DNA of 64,000 nucleotides from Candidatus Krumholzibacteriia bacterium (GCA_963836185.1 CAWIIQ010000001.1:2208001-2272000); one strand, 5' to 3'. Positions 38,046-50,908 are shown, numbered from the stretch's first letter. Numbers and translations: made by a program. Notes: generated by a model not told the origin, from the sequence alone.

Positions 38046-39392
38046 TTACGAGAAGGGAAAACCGGCGGGCTTCTTGCCCGCAAATCCCGCGGGCATTTTG
38101 CCCGACAGTTTGGAAAAACGCTTCATCATCTTACGCATCTGCTGAAACTGGTTGAGCAGCTTGTTGACGTCCTGGACGCTCGATCCGCTTCCCTTCGCGA
38201 TACGCTTCCTCCTCGACCCGTCGATGAGCTGCGGGGAACGCCGCTCATCAGGGGTCATGGAGCGAATGATCGCCTCCAGTTTCTTCATCTCGGTCTCACC
38301 GACGCCGGATGCCAGAGCTTTGTCGACCTTCATCCCCGGGATCATCCCGATGATCTGGTCCACAGGGCCCATCTTCTTCAGCCGCTGAAGCTGGTCGAGG
38401 AAGTCTTCGAGGGTGAAAGACTCCTTTCGAATCCTGCGCTCGAGCTCCCTGGCTTCCTTCTCGTCGATCGTCTCCTGGGCTCTTTCGACGAGAGACATCA
38501 CGTCTCCCATGCCCAGGATCCTTCCCGCCATCCTGTCGGGATGAAAGGCCTCCAGATCCGAGACCTTCTCGCCGACACAGGCGAATTTTATCGGTACGCC
38601 CGTTACCGCGCGGACCGAAAGTGCGGCGCCGCCCCGTGAGTCACCGTCGAGCTTGGTGAGGACGACACCGGTAAAATCTATCTTTTTCTTGAACTCCGCG
38701 GCGACATTGACTGCCTCCTGGCCCGTCATGCTGTCGAGAACGAGGAGTATCTCTTCAGGGTCGAGTATCTCTCCTATCGCGGAGAGCTCGTCCATCATCT
38801 CATGGTCGATATGCAGCCGTCCCGCCGTATCGATGATGAGGGTGTCCTTCAGGGTCTTTCTCGCCTCCGTCGCGGCGCCGCGGACTATATCCGCGACCGG
38901 CACATGGTCGCCCGGAGCATATACCGGAACTCCGATCTCGCCGGCCAGTACCTTGAGCTGCTCGATTGCAGCCGGCCGGTATATGTCGGCAGCGACAAGA
39001 AGCGGTTTCCGCCCCCTCTTCATGAGGGTGACGGCGAGCTTCGCGCAGAAACTCGTCTTCCCGGCGCCCTGTAGACCGCACACCATCACCGTTGCCGGTG
39101 ATCCCGAAAGATCGAAACCGGCCGGTGTGGAGCCGAGAAGACCAACGAGTTCCTCGTTGACTATCTTTATGACCTGCTGGTCGGGAGAAAGGCTGTCGAG
39201 CACCTTGCGGCCGATCGCCCTTTCGCCGACACGGCCGACGAACTCCTTTACTACCTTGTAGTTAACATCGGCCTCGAGGAGAGCCCTGCGGACCTCCTTC
39301 ATGGCAGCCTGGATGTGACTCTCGCGGACCTTCCCGTGTCCACGCAGATCCTTGAAGACTCGCGCGAACTTATTTCCGAGATCCTGGAACAA
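38046..39392 (-). CDS. ffh: Signal recognition particle protein
   Basis: ALLEADV, GLQGAGKT, DTAGR, TKLDGD, RILGMGD, M domain. Confidence 0.97.
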   Translation of the reverse strand: MFQDLGNKFARVFKDLRGHGKVRESHIQAAMKEVRRALLEADVNYKVVKEFVGRVGERAIGRKVLDSLSPDQQVIKIVNEELVGLLGSTPAGFDLSGSPATVMVCGLQGAGKTSFCAKLAVTLMKRGRKPLLVAADIYRPAAIEQLKVLAGEIGVPVYAPGDHVPVADIVRGAATEARKTLKDTLIIDTAGRLHIDHEMMDELSAIGEILDPEEILLVLDSMTGQEAVNVAAEFKKKIDFTGVVLTKLDGDSRGGAALSVRAVTGVPIKFACVGEKVSDLEAFHPDRMAGRILGMGDVMSLVERAQETIDEKEARELERRIRKESFTLEDFLDQLQRLKKMGPVDQIIGMIPGMKVDKALASGVGETEMKKLEAIIRSMTPDERRSPQLIDGSRRKRIAKGSGSSVQDVNKLLNQFQQMRKMMKRFSKLSGKMPAGFAGKKPAGFPFS

Positions 39393-39490
39393 AGGGACAC
39401 ATCCCGCTCGTAAAAGACCTAAAATAACACGATTACCTATGGCTGGCAAGTGAAAACGGGGAGAACCGCATTATAGTGGAAACGGGCCTC

Positions 39491-40183
<693 letters not shown>

Positions 40184-40881
40184 CTTCCTTTATCGAGTAT
40201 CCGGCAGGAGGATTCTGAGACAGTATCGTCCCCGGGAACCTGTCCTTGTCCCGCCTGCTCACGACCCGCGTCACGTGGAATCCGCCTCTTTCAAGACGCT
40301 CCCTGACAAAAAGGAGGTCCTTGCCGGTAAGGTCGGGCATGAGAAAGACGGCGGGCTCGCCTGTCATATAGAGAAGCAGGTCGACAGAAGATCCTATCGG
40401 CGCCGGCGCCCCTCCCTGCGGGGTCGACGCGGCCACCCTGTTCGGCCCGGTGTCTGCCGTAAAGATGCGCGAGAGGCTTCCGCGGCTCAATCGCGCGCTT
40501 TCAAGTCCCAGCTCGGCCTCCCGCAGAGATCTGCCGGCAAGGTCGGGGACTTCCTCCATCTGAACCCCCGAGCTTGTGATCACCTTGACGGTCCTTCTGC
40601 CCTTGAGCCCCTCACCCGGCGAGGGATCCTGGTCCAGGACATACCCGGCAGGCGAGTTGCCGGAGTATCTCTCGCCGGTCACCATCAGATTCAGGCCGCT
40701 TTCCCTGCATGCCTCTTCGGCGGCTTCAAGCGGGATGCCCTTGAGCTCCGGCACGATCACAATATCACCACGCCCCGTAAGAACCGGCAGTATCACAAAG
40801 TTGAACACGGCCATCCCGAGGATGAAGATTCCCGCGACGGCAGCCGTGTATATCAGAAAGGGATGATATCCCTTCTTACCC

Positions 40882-41832
40882 TCACTCATTGCTTTCTCCT
40901 CCAAGTACCACGCCTTCCTGAAGGCCCGCTCCTCTAAGAAACTCTTCGGCGGGCAGGATCTTTTTCCCTTCGGCCTGCAGCATAGTCAATCTCACCGATC
41001 CAGAAGCGCAGGCGACTTCGATGATCCCGCCCGACGCCTTCATGACCGTTCCCGGCATTGTCCCGACGGCCGGGCCTTCGCCAGGTTCGGACCTGTGGAC
41101 CTTGATCAGCCTCCTGCCGGCACTCGTATGACTGCCGGGCCAGGGATTCATGCCTCTTATATGATTATGCACCGAAATGGCCTCTTTGTTCCAGTCGATC
41201 AGTCCGTCGCTCTTCTTAAGCAGGGGCGCGAATGTCACCCCTTCATCGGGCTGCTCGACCGGTTCGAGCCCCTCGCCCGTGATCCTGTCCAGCGTCTCGA
41301 CAAGCAGGGGGCCTCCTTCTTCGGCCAGCCTGTCGAAGAGGTCGCCAGCCGTATCCATCGGTCCGACAGGGACCTTCCTGCGCGAGTAGACCGGACCGGC
41401 GTCGAGGGCCCTGACCATCCTCATGATCGAAATACCCGTTTCGGCGTCACCCGCTGCTACAGCCATGTTTACCGGACTGGCCCCCCTCCATCTGGGAAGA
41501 AGCGAGGCATGGACGTTGACGCAGGATATGGCAGGGAGCTCCAGCGCTCTCTTCGGAAATATAAGGCCGAAAGCGGCGACGATAAAAAGATCCGGCTCGA
41601 GGCCGGCAAAGAATTCGAATGCTCCCTCGTCCCTGAAGCTCTTCATCACCATGACGGGAAGTCCCAGCTCTTCGGCTGCTTTCCTGACGGCGGTCGGGGA
41701 ACTTTTCATTCCCCTGCCGGCCCGGCGGTCGGGTTGTGTCACGACGAGCACGGGGCGGTATGCCGATCCGTCCAGGGCCTTCAGCGACGGCACCGCGAAA
41801 TCGGGGGAACCGAAGAATACGACGCGCGGCAT
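40882..41832 (-). CDS. fmt: Methionyl-tRNA formyltransferase
   Basis: FFGSPDFA, VTQPDR, NVHASLLPRWRGASP, LDAG. Confidence 0.96.
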   Translation of the reverse strand: MPRVVFFGSPDFAVPSLKALDGSAYRPVLVVTQPDRRAGRGMKSSPTAVRKAAEELGLPVMVMKSFRDEGAFEFFAGLEPDLFIVAAFGLIFPKRALELPAISCVNVHASLLPRWRGASPVNMAVAAGDAETGISIMRMVRALDAGPVYSRRKVPVGPMDTAGDLFDRLAEEGGPLLVETLDRITGEGLEPVEQPDEGVTFAPLLKKSDGLIDWNKEAISVHNHIRGMNPWPGSHTSAGRRLIKVHRSEPGEGPAVGTMPGTVMKASGGIIEVACASGSVRLTMLQAEGKKILPAEEFLRGAGLQEGVVLGGESNE

Positions 41833-41839
41833 CGCAGAA

Positions 41840-42355
41840 TCACTCCCGCTTTCCCTGCCGGGAGAGGTCCCTGAGCTTTCCCCTGACCAGCGTCTTCCTC
41901 CCGAAAGAAAGGCGGTCGACAAACAGCACGCCATCGAGATGGTCCAGCTCGTGCTGGATTATCCTCGAAACGAGCCCGTCTACCCGGATGCAGTGCTTTG
42001 TGCCGCGGAGATCCTGGTACTCGACCTCTATATCTACAGGTCTCTCGACTTTTCCCCTGACGCCGGGCACACTGAGGCACCCCTCCTCGATGCAGTCAGT
42101 CTCGTCGCTGCACGTCAGGATCCGCGGATTGACAAGTGTGAGCAGAGTGTCCGGATTATATGGATCCGGGTTCACCACGGCGATACGGCGCGAGACTCCT
42201 ACCTGCGGCGCGGCAAGTCCGACGCCCTCTTCGACGAACATCGTCTCGACCATCTTCGCGACCAGGTCCTCGAGCTCCTCGTTGAAATCATCGACATCGG
42301 CGGTATCGCCGCGAAGTATCTCGTCTCCGTATATCCTTATCCTGAACGTTTCCAT
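41840..42355 (-). CDS. def: Peptide deformylase
   Basis: GVGLAAPQ, EGCLS, QHELDHL. Confidence 0.97.
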   Translation of the reverse strand: METFRIRIYGDEILRGDTADVDDFNEELEDLVAKMVETMFVEEGVGLAAPQVGVSRRIAVVNPDPYNPDTLLTLVNPRILTCSDETDCIEEGCLSVPGVRGKVERPVDIEVEYQDLRGTKHCIRVDGLVSRIIQHELDHLDGVLFVDRLSFGRKTLVRGKLRDLSRQGKRE

Positions 42356-42362
42356 TGCCAGA

Positions 42363-42680
42363 CTATTCCTTCTTTTTCTCGATTACTGTCGCTATCGCGC
42401 TCTTGATGACCTCGACCTTGACGTTCTCCGCTATCTTCAGGACGACGATATGATCCTTGGCATCAGAGATCGTACCGTAGAGGCCGCCGTTCGTTACGAC
42501 TTTGTCGCCCTTGGACAGGTCCGCCAGCAGGGCCGCATGCTCTTTCTGCTTCTTCTGCTGAGGCCTTATGAGAAGAAGGTAGAATACGATGAACACCATG
42601 ATGATGGGGATGAACATCGTGAGCGGATTGCCGCCGCCCTCTGCGCCGCCTCCGGACATCGCGAATAAAAGTGCCGACAT
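42363..42680 (-). CDS. yajC: Preprotein translocase subunit YajC
   Basis: FYLLLIRPQQK, GDKVVTNGGLYG. Confidence 0.95.
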   Translation of the reverse strand: MSALLFAMSGGGAEGGGNPLTMFIPIIMVFIVFYLLLIRPQQKKQKEHAALLADLSKGDKVVTNGGLYGTISDAKDHIVVLKIAENVKVEVIKSAIATVIEKKKE

Positions 42681-42737
42681 GTTTCCTCCCGGGTAAAATG
42701 AAAAACGATACTGTCTCAGCGGAAATCAAGCCGGTCG

Positions 42738-43886
<1,149 letters not shown>

Positions 43887-44945
43887 CTATCCACGGATAA
43901 ACATCACATCGCCGTAACTGTAGAAACGAAACCTTCTCTCCACCGCCCAGCGATACGCGCTGAGTATTCTCTCCCTGCCGGCGAAGGCCGCCACGAGAGT
44001 CAGGAGACTCGATCTTGGCAGGTGCATATTCGTCAACAGAGAGCTGACGACCCTGAACTCGAAGCCCGGATATATGAAGAGATCGGTCCAGCCCGTAAGG
44101 TATTCCGCGCCGTCCACTTCTACCTTCTCCGCACCATCGATGGATCCCGAAACGGCCGCCTCGAGCGCCCGCGTGACAGTCGTGCCGACGGCGACCACCT
44201 TTCTCCCGCCTCTTCTCGCGGAGATTATCTCTTCGAGATAGTCCGTCCTTATCGAGACATGCTCCGCGGAAAGCGTATTCTCCTCGACCACTTCCTTTTC
44301 AAGGGGCCTGAAGGTCCCCGGACCGACATGCAGGGTAACAGGTATCACGGTCACTCCTTTGCGGCGCAGGCCAGCGAGGACCTCCCCGGTGAAATGGAGC
44401 CCGGCGGTCGGCGCAGCGACCGAACCTTCGACCCTGGCGTAGACTGTCTGGTAGCGCCCCCTGTCCACTTCCTCATCCCCGCGCCTTATGTAGGGCGGCA
44501 GGGGGATGTGCCCGAACCTCTCGATAAATCCCGTCTCCGTGATCCCTTCCGGCATCGAGACGATCCATTCGCCGCCGCCCGCCTCTTCTTCGATCTTGAT
44601 CTCATGACCCACTTCGCCGATCAGGACCCTGTCGTTCACCTTGAGCTTCCTCGACTGGCGGCAGAGAGCTCGCCACCTGCCCTCTCCAAGGCGGCGGACC
44701 AGGAAGACTTCGATAGCTGCCCCGCTCTCTTTCCTGCCGAGAAGGCGCGCGGGTATTACCTTCGTGTCGTTGACGACCACGACATCGCCTTCATGAAGAT
44801 ACCTGGGGAAGTTAGTGAACTTCGTCTCGCGCACATCGTCCCGGCTGCGGTCGAGCATGAGCATCCTGCTCTCATCGCGCCGCTCAGCCGGATACTGCGC
44901 AATGAGTTCCTCAGGGAGTTCGTAATCGAAATCGCTTATTCTCAT
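43887..44945 (-). CDS. queA: S-adenosylmethionine:tRNA ribosyltransferase-isomerase
   Basis: FDYELPEELIAQ, PLPPYI, AAPTAGLHF, LHVGPGTF, FYSYGD. Confidence 0.97.
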   Translation of the reverse strand: MRISDFDYELPEELIAQYPAERRDESRMLMLDRSRDDVRETKFTNFPRYLHEGDVVVVNDTKVIPARLLGRKESGAAIEVFLVRRLGEGRWRALCRQSRKLKVNDRVLIGEVGHEIKIEEEAGGGEWIVSMPEGITETGFIERFGHIPLPPYIRRGDEEVDRGRYQTVYARVEGSVAAPTAGLHFTGEVLAGLRRKGVTVIPVTLHVGPGTFRPLEKEVVEENTLSAEHVSIRTDYLEEIISARRGGRKVVAVGTTVTRALEAAVSGSIDGAEKVEVDGAEYLTGWTDLFIYPGFEFRVVSSLLTNMHLPRSSLLTLVAAFAGRERILSAYRWAVERRFRFYSYGDVMFIRG

Positions 44946-44983
44946 CTTGCTTTCCGTTGCGGAAGTAAGGGGCCGCACGGGCC

Positions 44984-46012
44984 CTAGAGGATCCTGCCCT
45001 GCTTTCCATCGCCAGCGGGCGGCTCGGCGCCGATGTGCCTGTAACCGGCATCGGTGACGATCCTCCCCCGCTGGGTCCTCTGGAGCAGGCCTTCCTGGAT
45101 GAGGAACGGCTCGTAAACATCCTCGATCGTGTCGCTCTCCTCGGAAACGGCCACCGCGAGTGAGCCTATCCCCACCGGCCCTCCGGAGAATTTCTCTATC
45201 ACGGCGGAAAGGATCCGCCTGTCCATCTCGTTGAGCCCCCGCTCATCTACCTCGAGCATCTCGAGTGCGTATTTTGCCATCTCGATATCTATTGTGCCGT
45301 CGCCCTTTATCTGCGCGAAGTCGCGCACCCTGCGCAGCAGTCTGTTGGCTATCCTCGGTGTCCCTCTCGAGCGGCCCGCTATCTCCCCGGCTCCATCGTC
45401 ATCGATCGCGACCCCGAGGAGTCCCGCCGAACGCTTTACGATGCTGTACAGGTCATCGGGTGAATAGAAATCGAGCCTCGCCACCACTCCGAACCTGCTT
45501 CGCATCGGAGGCGTGATCATCCCCGCTCTCGTCGTTGCCCCTACGAGTGTAAACGGCTCTATCTGGAGCGAGTAATGTCTCGCGTGCGGTCCCTTGTCCA
45601 CGATCAGCTCGCACTTGAACTCCTCCATCGCCGGATATAGATGCTCCTCGACGATGTGGCTGAGCCTGTGGATCTCGTCGATGAAAACGACATCCCTCGC
45701 CTCGAGCTGTGTGAGGATGCCGAGAAGATCGGCCGGGCTCTGGAAGACCGGGCCCGAAGTGCTCCTTATATGGACCCCGAGCTCGGAGGCGATGATATGC
45801 GCCAGCGTCGTCTTGCCCAGCCCCGGAGGGCCGTAGAGAAGCACATGGTCGAGCTGCTCGCCGCGCCTGCCCGCCGCCTCGATGAATATCGAGAGGTTCT
45901 CTTTTACCTTCTTCTGCCCTACGAACTCGTCGAGCGAGGAGGGCCGCAGAGTAGACTCCGACAGGAGCTCGTCGCGCATGGCATTCGGGTCCGTTATCAG
46001 TTTCTCTTCCAT
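44984..46012 (-). CDS. ruvB: Holliday junction branch migration helicase RuvB
   Basis: [31 protein letters not shown]. Confidence 0.98.
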   Translation of the reverse strand: MEEKLITDPNAMRDELLSESTLRPSSLDEFVGQKKVKENLSIFIEAAGRRGEQLDHVLLYGPPGLGKTTLAHIIASELGVHIRSTSGPVFQSPADLLGILTQLEARDVVFIDEIHRLSHIVEEHLYPAMEEFKCELIVDKGPHARHYSLQIEPFTLVGATTRAGMITPPMRSRFGVVARLDFYSPDDLYSIVKRSAGLLGVAIDDDGAGEIAGRSRGTPRIANRLLRRVRDFAQIKGDGTIDIEMAKYALEMLEVDERGLNEMDRRILSAVIEKFSGGPVGIGSLAVAVSEESDTIEDVYEPFLIQEGLLQRTQRGRIVTDAGYRHIGAEPPAGDGKQGRIL

Positions 46013-46033
46013 GGGATCCTTCCCCGCCCTGAA

Positions 46034-46633
46034 CTAGAGAGAGGCCTTCCTCAGCGCCATCCTTACGATATCCTCTACCGAGTAGCGGGCGGCATCGCCC
46101 TCGAATTCGACCCTGTCGAGGGCCTTCTCGGCATTGCCCCGTGTCAGGCCGATCGACATCAGCGCCGCGACAGCTTCTTCAAGAGTCTCGGGACGGGCCG
46201 CGGGCCCTGCCTGGCCGGCGGTATCTCCCGAGACCTCGATCTTGTCCTTGAGCTCGAGTATTATCCTCTCCGCTGTCTTCTTCCCGATGCCGGGGATCTT
46301 TACCAGGGCGCGGACATCCTCGTCCCGGATCATCCCTGCCAGGACAGCCGCGCTGCCCTGCGACATGACCGTCAGAGCCGCTTTGGGCCCTACTCCGCTG
46401 ACCCCGAGAAGGGCGGTGAATACGCTGCGGTCATACTCGCTTGCGAAACCGAACAGGGTCAGCGCGTCCTCACGGACATGCAGGTAGGTGCTGAAGCTGA
46501 CCTTCTCACCTATCTTCCCGAGCGCTGCGATGGCCGGCGCCGGCACGTGGAGCTCGAGGCCGAATCCGCCCATCTCCACTACGACGCCCGTCTCGGTCCT
46601 GCCGGCCAGAATACCTTCGATAGATGATATCAT
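46034..46633 (-). CDS. ruvA: Holliday junction branch migration protein RuvA
   Basis: HVRED..LFGF, GVGPK, PGIGKKTAER. Confidence 0.96.
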   Translation of the reverse strand: MISSIEGILAGRTETGVVVEMGGFGLELHVPAPAIAALGKIGEKVSFSTYLHVREDALTLFGFASEYDRSVFTALLGVSGVGPKAALTVMSQGSAAVLAGMIRDEDVRALVKIPGIGKKTAERIILELKDKIEVSGDTAGQAGPAARPETLEEAVAALMSIGLTRGNAEKALDRVEFEGDAARYSVEDIVRMALRKASL

Positions 46634-47124
46634 ACATCTCTCCAGACGGGAGCTCCCGCCCTCAGCGCATGGCAGAAAGCGACTGCCAGGGCATCGGTCT
46701 CATCCTCACAGGCCGGTTCATGGCCGGGCCGCAGCAGCCGCACGACCATCGCGCCCACCTGGCTCTTGTGAGCCGAGCCGGTGCCGGTCACGCTTGCTTT
46801 CACCTCGCGGGGCGAATATTCGAATACCTCGAGCCCCGCTTCGGCGGCGGCCAGGATCGCCACTCCCCGCGCCTGCCCGAGTTTGAGCGCGCTCCTGGGA
46901 TTCTTCGCAACGAATACTTCCTCTATGGCCACGGCCTCCGGCTGAAATTCCCTCAGCACCTCGTCGAGCCCGCGCTTTATCGACGCGAGCCTGACCGGCA
47001 TCGGGTCCGCCGCCCTGACCTTTATCGCGCCCGACCCTATATAGACGATCCCGGAACCCCGCTTCTCGACCAGGCCGTAACCGGTGACGCGGCTTCCGGG
47101 ATCTATACCGATGATGACAGTCAA
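46630..47124 (-). CDS. ruvC: Holliday junction resolvase RuvC
   Basis: GIDPG...GYG, LGQARG, DALAVA. Confidence 0.96.
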   Translation of the reverse strand: MTVIIGIDPGSRVTGYGLVEKRGSGIVYIGSGAIKVRAADPMPVRLASIKRGLDEVLREFQPEAVAIEEVFVAKNPRSALKLGQARGVAILAAAEAGLEVFEYSPREVKASVTGTGSAHKSQVGAMVVRLLRPGHEPACEDETDALAVAFCHALRAGAPVWRDV

Positions 47125-47142
47125 TGCTCCCTCCGGAGGGCG

Positions 47143-47898
47143 CTATATCTGGTCCTCTATCTGACTGAGTATCTCGTCAGTGATATCGAAGTTCGCGCTG
47201 ACCCGCTGTACATCTTCATTATCCTCGAGCGCTGATACGAGTTTGAGCACCTTGACCGCCTTGTCGCTGTCAAGCCCGACGGTCGTCTTGGGATGCAGGG
47301 ATACTTCCGCTACCTGGTACTCTATACCGGCCGCGAGTATTCCGTCCCTGATCCCGTCGAATGCATCGGGCGGACAGAGGACCTCGAAATGGCCGTCCTC
47401 GGACCGGATATCCTCAGCGCCGTTCTCCAGCGCTATCTCGTATACCTGTTCCTCTTCGGCTACGGCCTGGTCGATGATGACCATACCCTTGCTCTCGAAC
47501 ATGTATGCTACGGAACCCGGCTCGCCGAGATGTCCGCCGTGCTTGGTGAAGATATGGCGGACCTCCGCGGTCGTCCTGTTCCTGTTGTCGGTCAGTGACT
47601 CGACGAGCACCGCGACTCCGCCGAGTGCGTAACCTTCGAATGTCGCGGCCTCGTAGACCACGCCCGGCAGTTCACCGGTGCCGCGAAGGATCGCTTTATC
47701 CATGTTCGCCGCGGGCATATTGGCGTCGCGCGCGGCCTGAACGGCTGTCCTCAGCCTCGGATTCGTGTCCGGGTCGCCGCCGCCCTCGCGGGCCGCCACG
47801 ACGATCTCCTTGATAAGCTTGGTGAAGATCTTGCCTCTCTCGGCGTCGGCCTTCCCTTTCTTACGCTTTATCGTGCTCCACTTGGAATGTCCTGACAA
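47143..47898 (-). CDS. yebC: YebC/PmpR-family protein
   Basis: SGHSKW, NPRLR, TDNRNRT, GSVAYMF. Confidence 0.95.
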   Translation of the reverse strand: MSGHSKWSTIKRKKGKADAERGKIFTKLIKEIVVAAREGGGDPDTNPRLRTAVQAARDANMPAANMDKAILRGTGELPGVVYEAATFEGYALGGVAVLVESLTDNRNRTTAEVRHIFTKHGGHLGEPGSVAYMFESKGMVIIDQAVAEEEQVYEIALENGAEDIRSEDGHFEVLCPPDAFDGIRDGILAAGIEYQVAEVSLHPKTTVGLDSDKAVKVLKLVSALEDNEDVQRVSANFDITDEILSQIEDQI

Positions 47899-47920
47899 CG
47901 AATTCCTCCAGATGCTGCTG

Positions 47921-49996
47921 TTACTTCTCTTCTTCCTTCTCAGCCTCCGCCTCGGCGATCAGCCTCTGAGCTATATCGTGAGGTACGACCTCATAATGCG
48001 AGAAGGTCCTCCTGTGAGAGGCCTTACCCTGGGTCATCGACCGCAGCGAGGTAGCGTAGCGGTGCAGGTCCGCCAGAGGGACCTGCGCCTTTATCTTCTG
48101 CAGGCTTCCCTCCTGCTCGGTGCCCTGGATCTTGCCGCGGCGTCCCGAAAGGTCGCCCATGATGTCCCCCATGTACTCCTCGGGGACAAGTACTTCCACA
48201 TCGTAGACAGGCTCGAGGATCACGGGCTTGGCCTGCTGGACGGCGGCCTTGAATCCCTTCGACCCGGCCATCTTGAAGGCGGCGTCTGATGAGTCGACTG
48301 TATGGAACGAGCCGTCATAAAGTGTGACCTTGACGTCCTGAAATTTGTACCCGGCCACAACGCCGTTCTTCATCGAATCCCTTACGCCCTTCTCGACAGC
48401 GGGGATGAACTTGCCGGGGATCACTCCGCCGACGATCGCGTCGACGAATTCGAACCCGCCTCCGCGCGTCAGAGGCTCCAGCTTCAGCCAGACGTCGCCG
48501 TACTGGCCGCGTCCTCCGCTCTGCTTCTTGTGCTTGCCCTGCGCCTCGGATGTAGCCGCGATGGTCTCCCTGTAGGGGATCTTCGGCGCGATCATATCGA
48601 CCTCGACGCCGAACTTTCTTTTCAGCCTCCCGAGAATGACCTCGAGATGAAGCTCTCCCTGTCCCGACAGAATCGTCTGCCTCAGCTCGGCATTGTTCTC
48701 GACGGTGAAGGTCTGATCCTCATCGGACAGCCTCGTCAGCCCCGCGCTGACCTTGTCCATCTCGCCCTTGGCCCTGGCCTCGATCGCCGTATGGAGCGAG
48801 GGCTGAGGGAAATCGATCGGAGCGATGATTATCTGCTTCGATTTGGGGCAGAGAGTATTGCCGACCTTCGCCGATTTCAGCTTGACCGCCGCGCCGATAT
48901 CTCCCGCGGGTATCGAATCGGTGTCCGACCTCTCCTTGCCCTGCACGAAGTAGAGCTGGCCGATCCTCTCTGACGAATCGAGGGAGGAGTTATAGAGATC
49001 CTCGCCTACCTTCATCTCTCCAGAAAATGTCCTGATGAAAGAGAGGTCGCCGAGATGCTTCTCGGAAAGCGCCTTGAATACGAATGCCGCGGTCGCTTCG
49101 CCCGGCCCTATCTTTATCTTCTCGATCTCGTCGCCCTTCGCGATATCTATCTCGCCGCGCCAGGCGGGTGATGGAAGCATCGAGGCTATCAGATCGAGAA
49201 GCTGCCGGACGCCGATATTCTCCGTCGCCGATACGGCTACCAGCGGCACGAATGTTCCCGCCAGGCAGGCGACGGAAAGGCCCTGGATGAGTTCCTCGTT
49301 GCTGAGCTCACCGCTCTCTAAGAATTTCTCGAGAAGCGAGTCGTCTGACTCGGCCGCGAAGTCCATCAGCTTCTGCCGCATCTCGTCGACGTTGCCTTCC
49401 ATGTCGGCCGGAACTGCTTCTTCGGTGACCTTGCCGCCGGAAGTGATGAACGCCCTGTTCTTCAGGACATTGACGACTCCCTTGAACGAGTCGCCCTGGC
49501 CGATCGGAAGCGTAAGGGGCACGACCTTGGCCCCGAGATAGCTCTGCGCGTCAGAGACACACTTGTCGAAATCGGCATGCTCCTTGTCCATCTTGTTGAC
49601 GCACACGATCTTCGGATGCTTCTTAGCCTCGAGGAGTTTCCATGTCTTCTCGGTGCCGACCTCTACTCCTGAATCCGCGGCGATGACGACCACGCCGCCC
49701 TCGGTGACCGCGATCGACGAGATGACCTCACCGATAAAATCCTCGTAGCCGGGAGTGTCGATGATATTGATCTTGGCCTTGTCATGCTCGCACCACGAGA
49801 GACCGGCATTGATCGATATCTGCCGCTCGATCTCGTCAGGAGCGGAGTCGAAAACGGTGTTTCCATCCTCGATCTTCCCGATCCTGCTCGTGACGCCGGT
49901 GTCAAAAAGCATCGCCTCGCCGAGGATCGTCTTCCCCGACGACTGGTGCCCAACCAAGACAATGTTCCTTATCATGTCGATCGAAAACTTCTTCAA
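47921..49996 (-). CDS. fusA: Elongation factor G paralog (EF-G2-like)
   Basis: GHQSSGKT, DTPGY, NKMD, GELHLE, KKQSGGRGQYG, VDSS; all five EF-G domains. Confidence 0.93.
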   Translation of the reverse strand: MKKFSIDMIRNIVLVGHQSSGKTILGEAMLFDTGVTSRIGKIEDGNTVFDSAPDEIERQISINAGLSWCEHDKAKINIIDTPGYEDFIGEVISSIAVTEGGVVVIAADSGVEVGTEKTWKLLEAKKHPKIVCVNKMDKEHADFDKCVSDAQSYLGAKVVPLTLPIGQGDSFKGVVNVLKNRAFITSGGKVTEEAVPADMEGNVDEMRQKLMDFAAESDDSLLEKFLESGELSNEELIQGLSVACLAGTFVPLVAVSATENIGVRQLLDLIASMLPSPAWRGEIDIAKGDEIEKIKIGPGEATAAFVFKALSEKHLGDLSFIRTFSGEMKVGEDLYNSSLDSSERIGQLYFVQGKERSDTDSIPAGDIGAAVKLKSAKVGNTLCPKSKQIIIAPIDFPQPSLHTAIEARAKGEMDKVSAGLTRLSDEDQTFTVENNAELRQTILSGQGELHLEVILGRLKRKFGVEVDMIAPKIPYRETIAATSEAQGKHKKQSGGRGQYGDVWLKLEPLTRGGGFEFVDAIVGGVIPGKFIPAVEKGVRDSMKNGVVAGYKFQDVKVTLYDGSFHTVDSSDAAFKMAGSKGFKAAVQQAKPVILEPVYDVEVLVPEEYMGDIMGDLSGRRGKIQGTEQEGSLQKIKAQVPLADLHRYATSLRSMTQGKASHRRTFSHYEVVPHDIAQRLIAEAEAEKEEEK

Positions 49997-50061
49997 GACA
50001 ACCTCCAGTTCGTATACTTATCAATTTATATCGATCCGCCCGTGGCGGAAAATACCCGTGA

Positions 50062-50802
50062 TCAGCCTCCGCCGCCGAGGCCATTGAGCATCAGCAGGAG
50101 GACTCCAAGCACCCACACGACGATCGTGGGGACTATAGCGGTCTTCCGGTCTATCTCGTATACGACCGAGACACCGATAGTAAACAGTATCAGGAACCAT
50201 ATCTGGAATATGCTGAAACTCTCCAGCACGGCGCGGAGAATGCCGTCGCTCTCGATAAATCTCGTCAGAGAGAATGAGACCGAAAAGAGATCATCACGCG
50301 AAGTTATATTCTCAATACCCTTGCTGTGAATGATGAGCATCTTCAGGGCCTGCTCGATGAGACCGACGAGAGAAGCGAAGCTCAGCAGGCTGAGCATCTT
50401 CTTGAAACTCGATTTTCCGCTTACGAGATTGGCTGTAACGTTACAGAGCGCCGCGAGGATAACGTATACGAGAAGTATGACCAGCGGCGCCGCAATCAGG
50501 CCTATCATGCCGAATTTTTCCATTATCTCGCCCTGAGCCTGCAACTGCTCCTCGGAGAGTCCTCTCTCGTTGAGCATGAATATCTGCTTGTTTATCGGCT
50601 GCTGAAAATAGGCGATCACCGATGAGGCTATTGCGATGACCAGATACGGCTGCCACCACGGAAGGCCCGCCTTGATCCTTTTGAAGACCTTGACCGGCTC
50701 GATGAATATGTCGATAAGTGAGGCCCAGAATCCGCCCTTGCCTTCGCCGGAGGGCGATACTTCTTCCATCTCCTCGGGAATACCACCCGGGTTCTCGTTC
50801 AT
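50062..50802 (-). CDS. Yip1-domain membrane protein
   Basis: IFIEP..F N-terminus, about 5 TM, SIFQIW. Confidence 0.8.
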   Translation of the reverse strand: MNENPGGIPEEMEEVSPSGEGKGGFWASLIDIFIEPVKVFKRIKAGLPWWQPYLVIAIASSVIAYFQQPINKQIFMLNERGLSEEQLQAQGEIMEKFGMIGLIAAPLVILLVYVILAALCNVTANLVSGKSSFKKMLSLLSFASLVGLIEQALKMLIIHSKGIENITSRDDLFSVSFSLTRFIESDGILRAVLESFSIFQIWFLILFTIGVSVVYEIDRKTAIVPTIVVWVLGVLLLMLNGLGGGG

Positions 50803-50879
50803 CTTCCCACTCCTTTTGCCTGTGAATAGACCACGGCGACCACCCGTTCGGGTGCCGCCCCGGGATAGGAACAAGAGTT

Positions 50880-50908
50880 AAAATAGACTACTTTCCGCCT
50901 CCTGTCAA
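50880..50908 (-). promoter_or_regulatory. Putative sigma70 promoter
   Basis: TTGACA-17 bp-TATTTT. Confidence 0.5.

Noticed and set aside
37107-38639. 510-aa plus-strand ORF
   Set aside because: Antisense to khpA, rpsP and ffh; its repeats mirror the S16 tail
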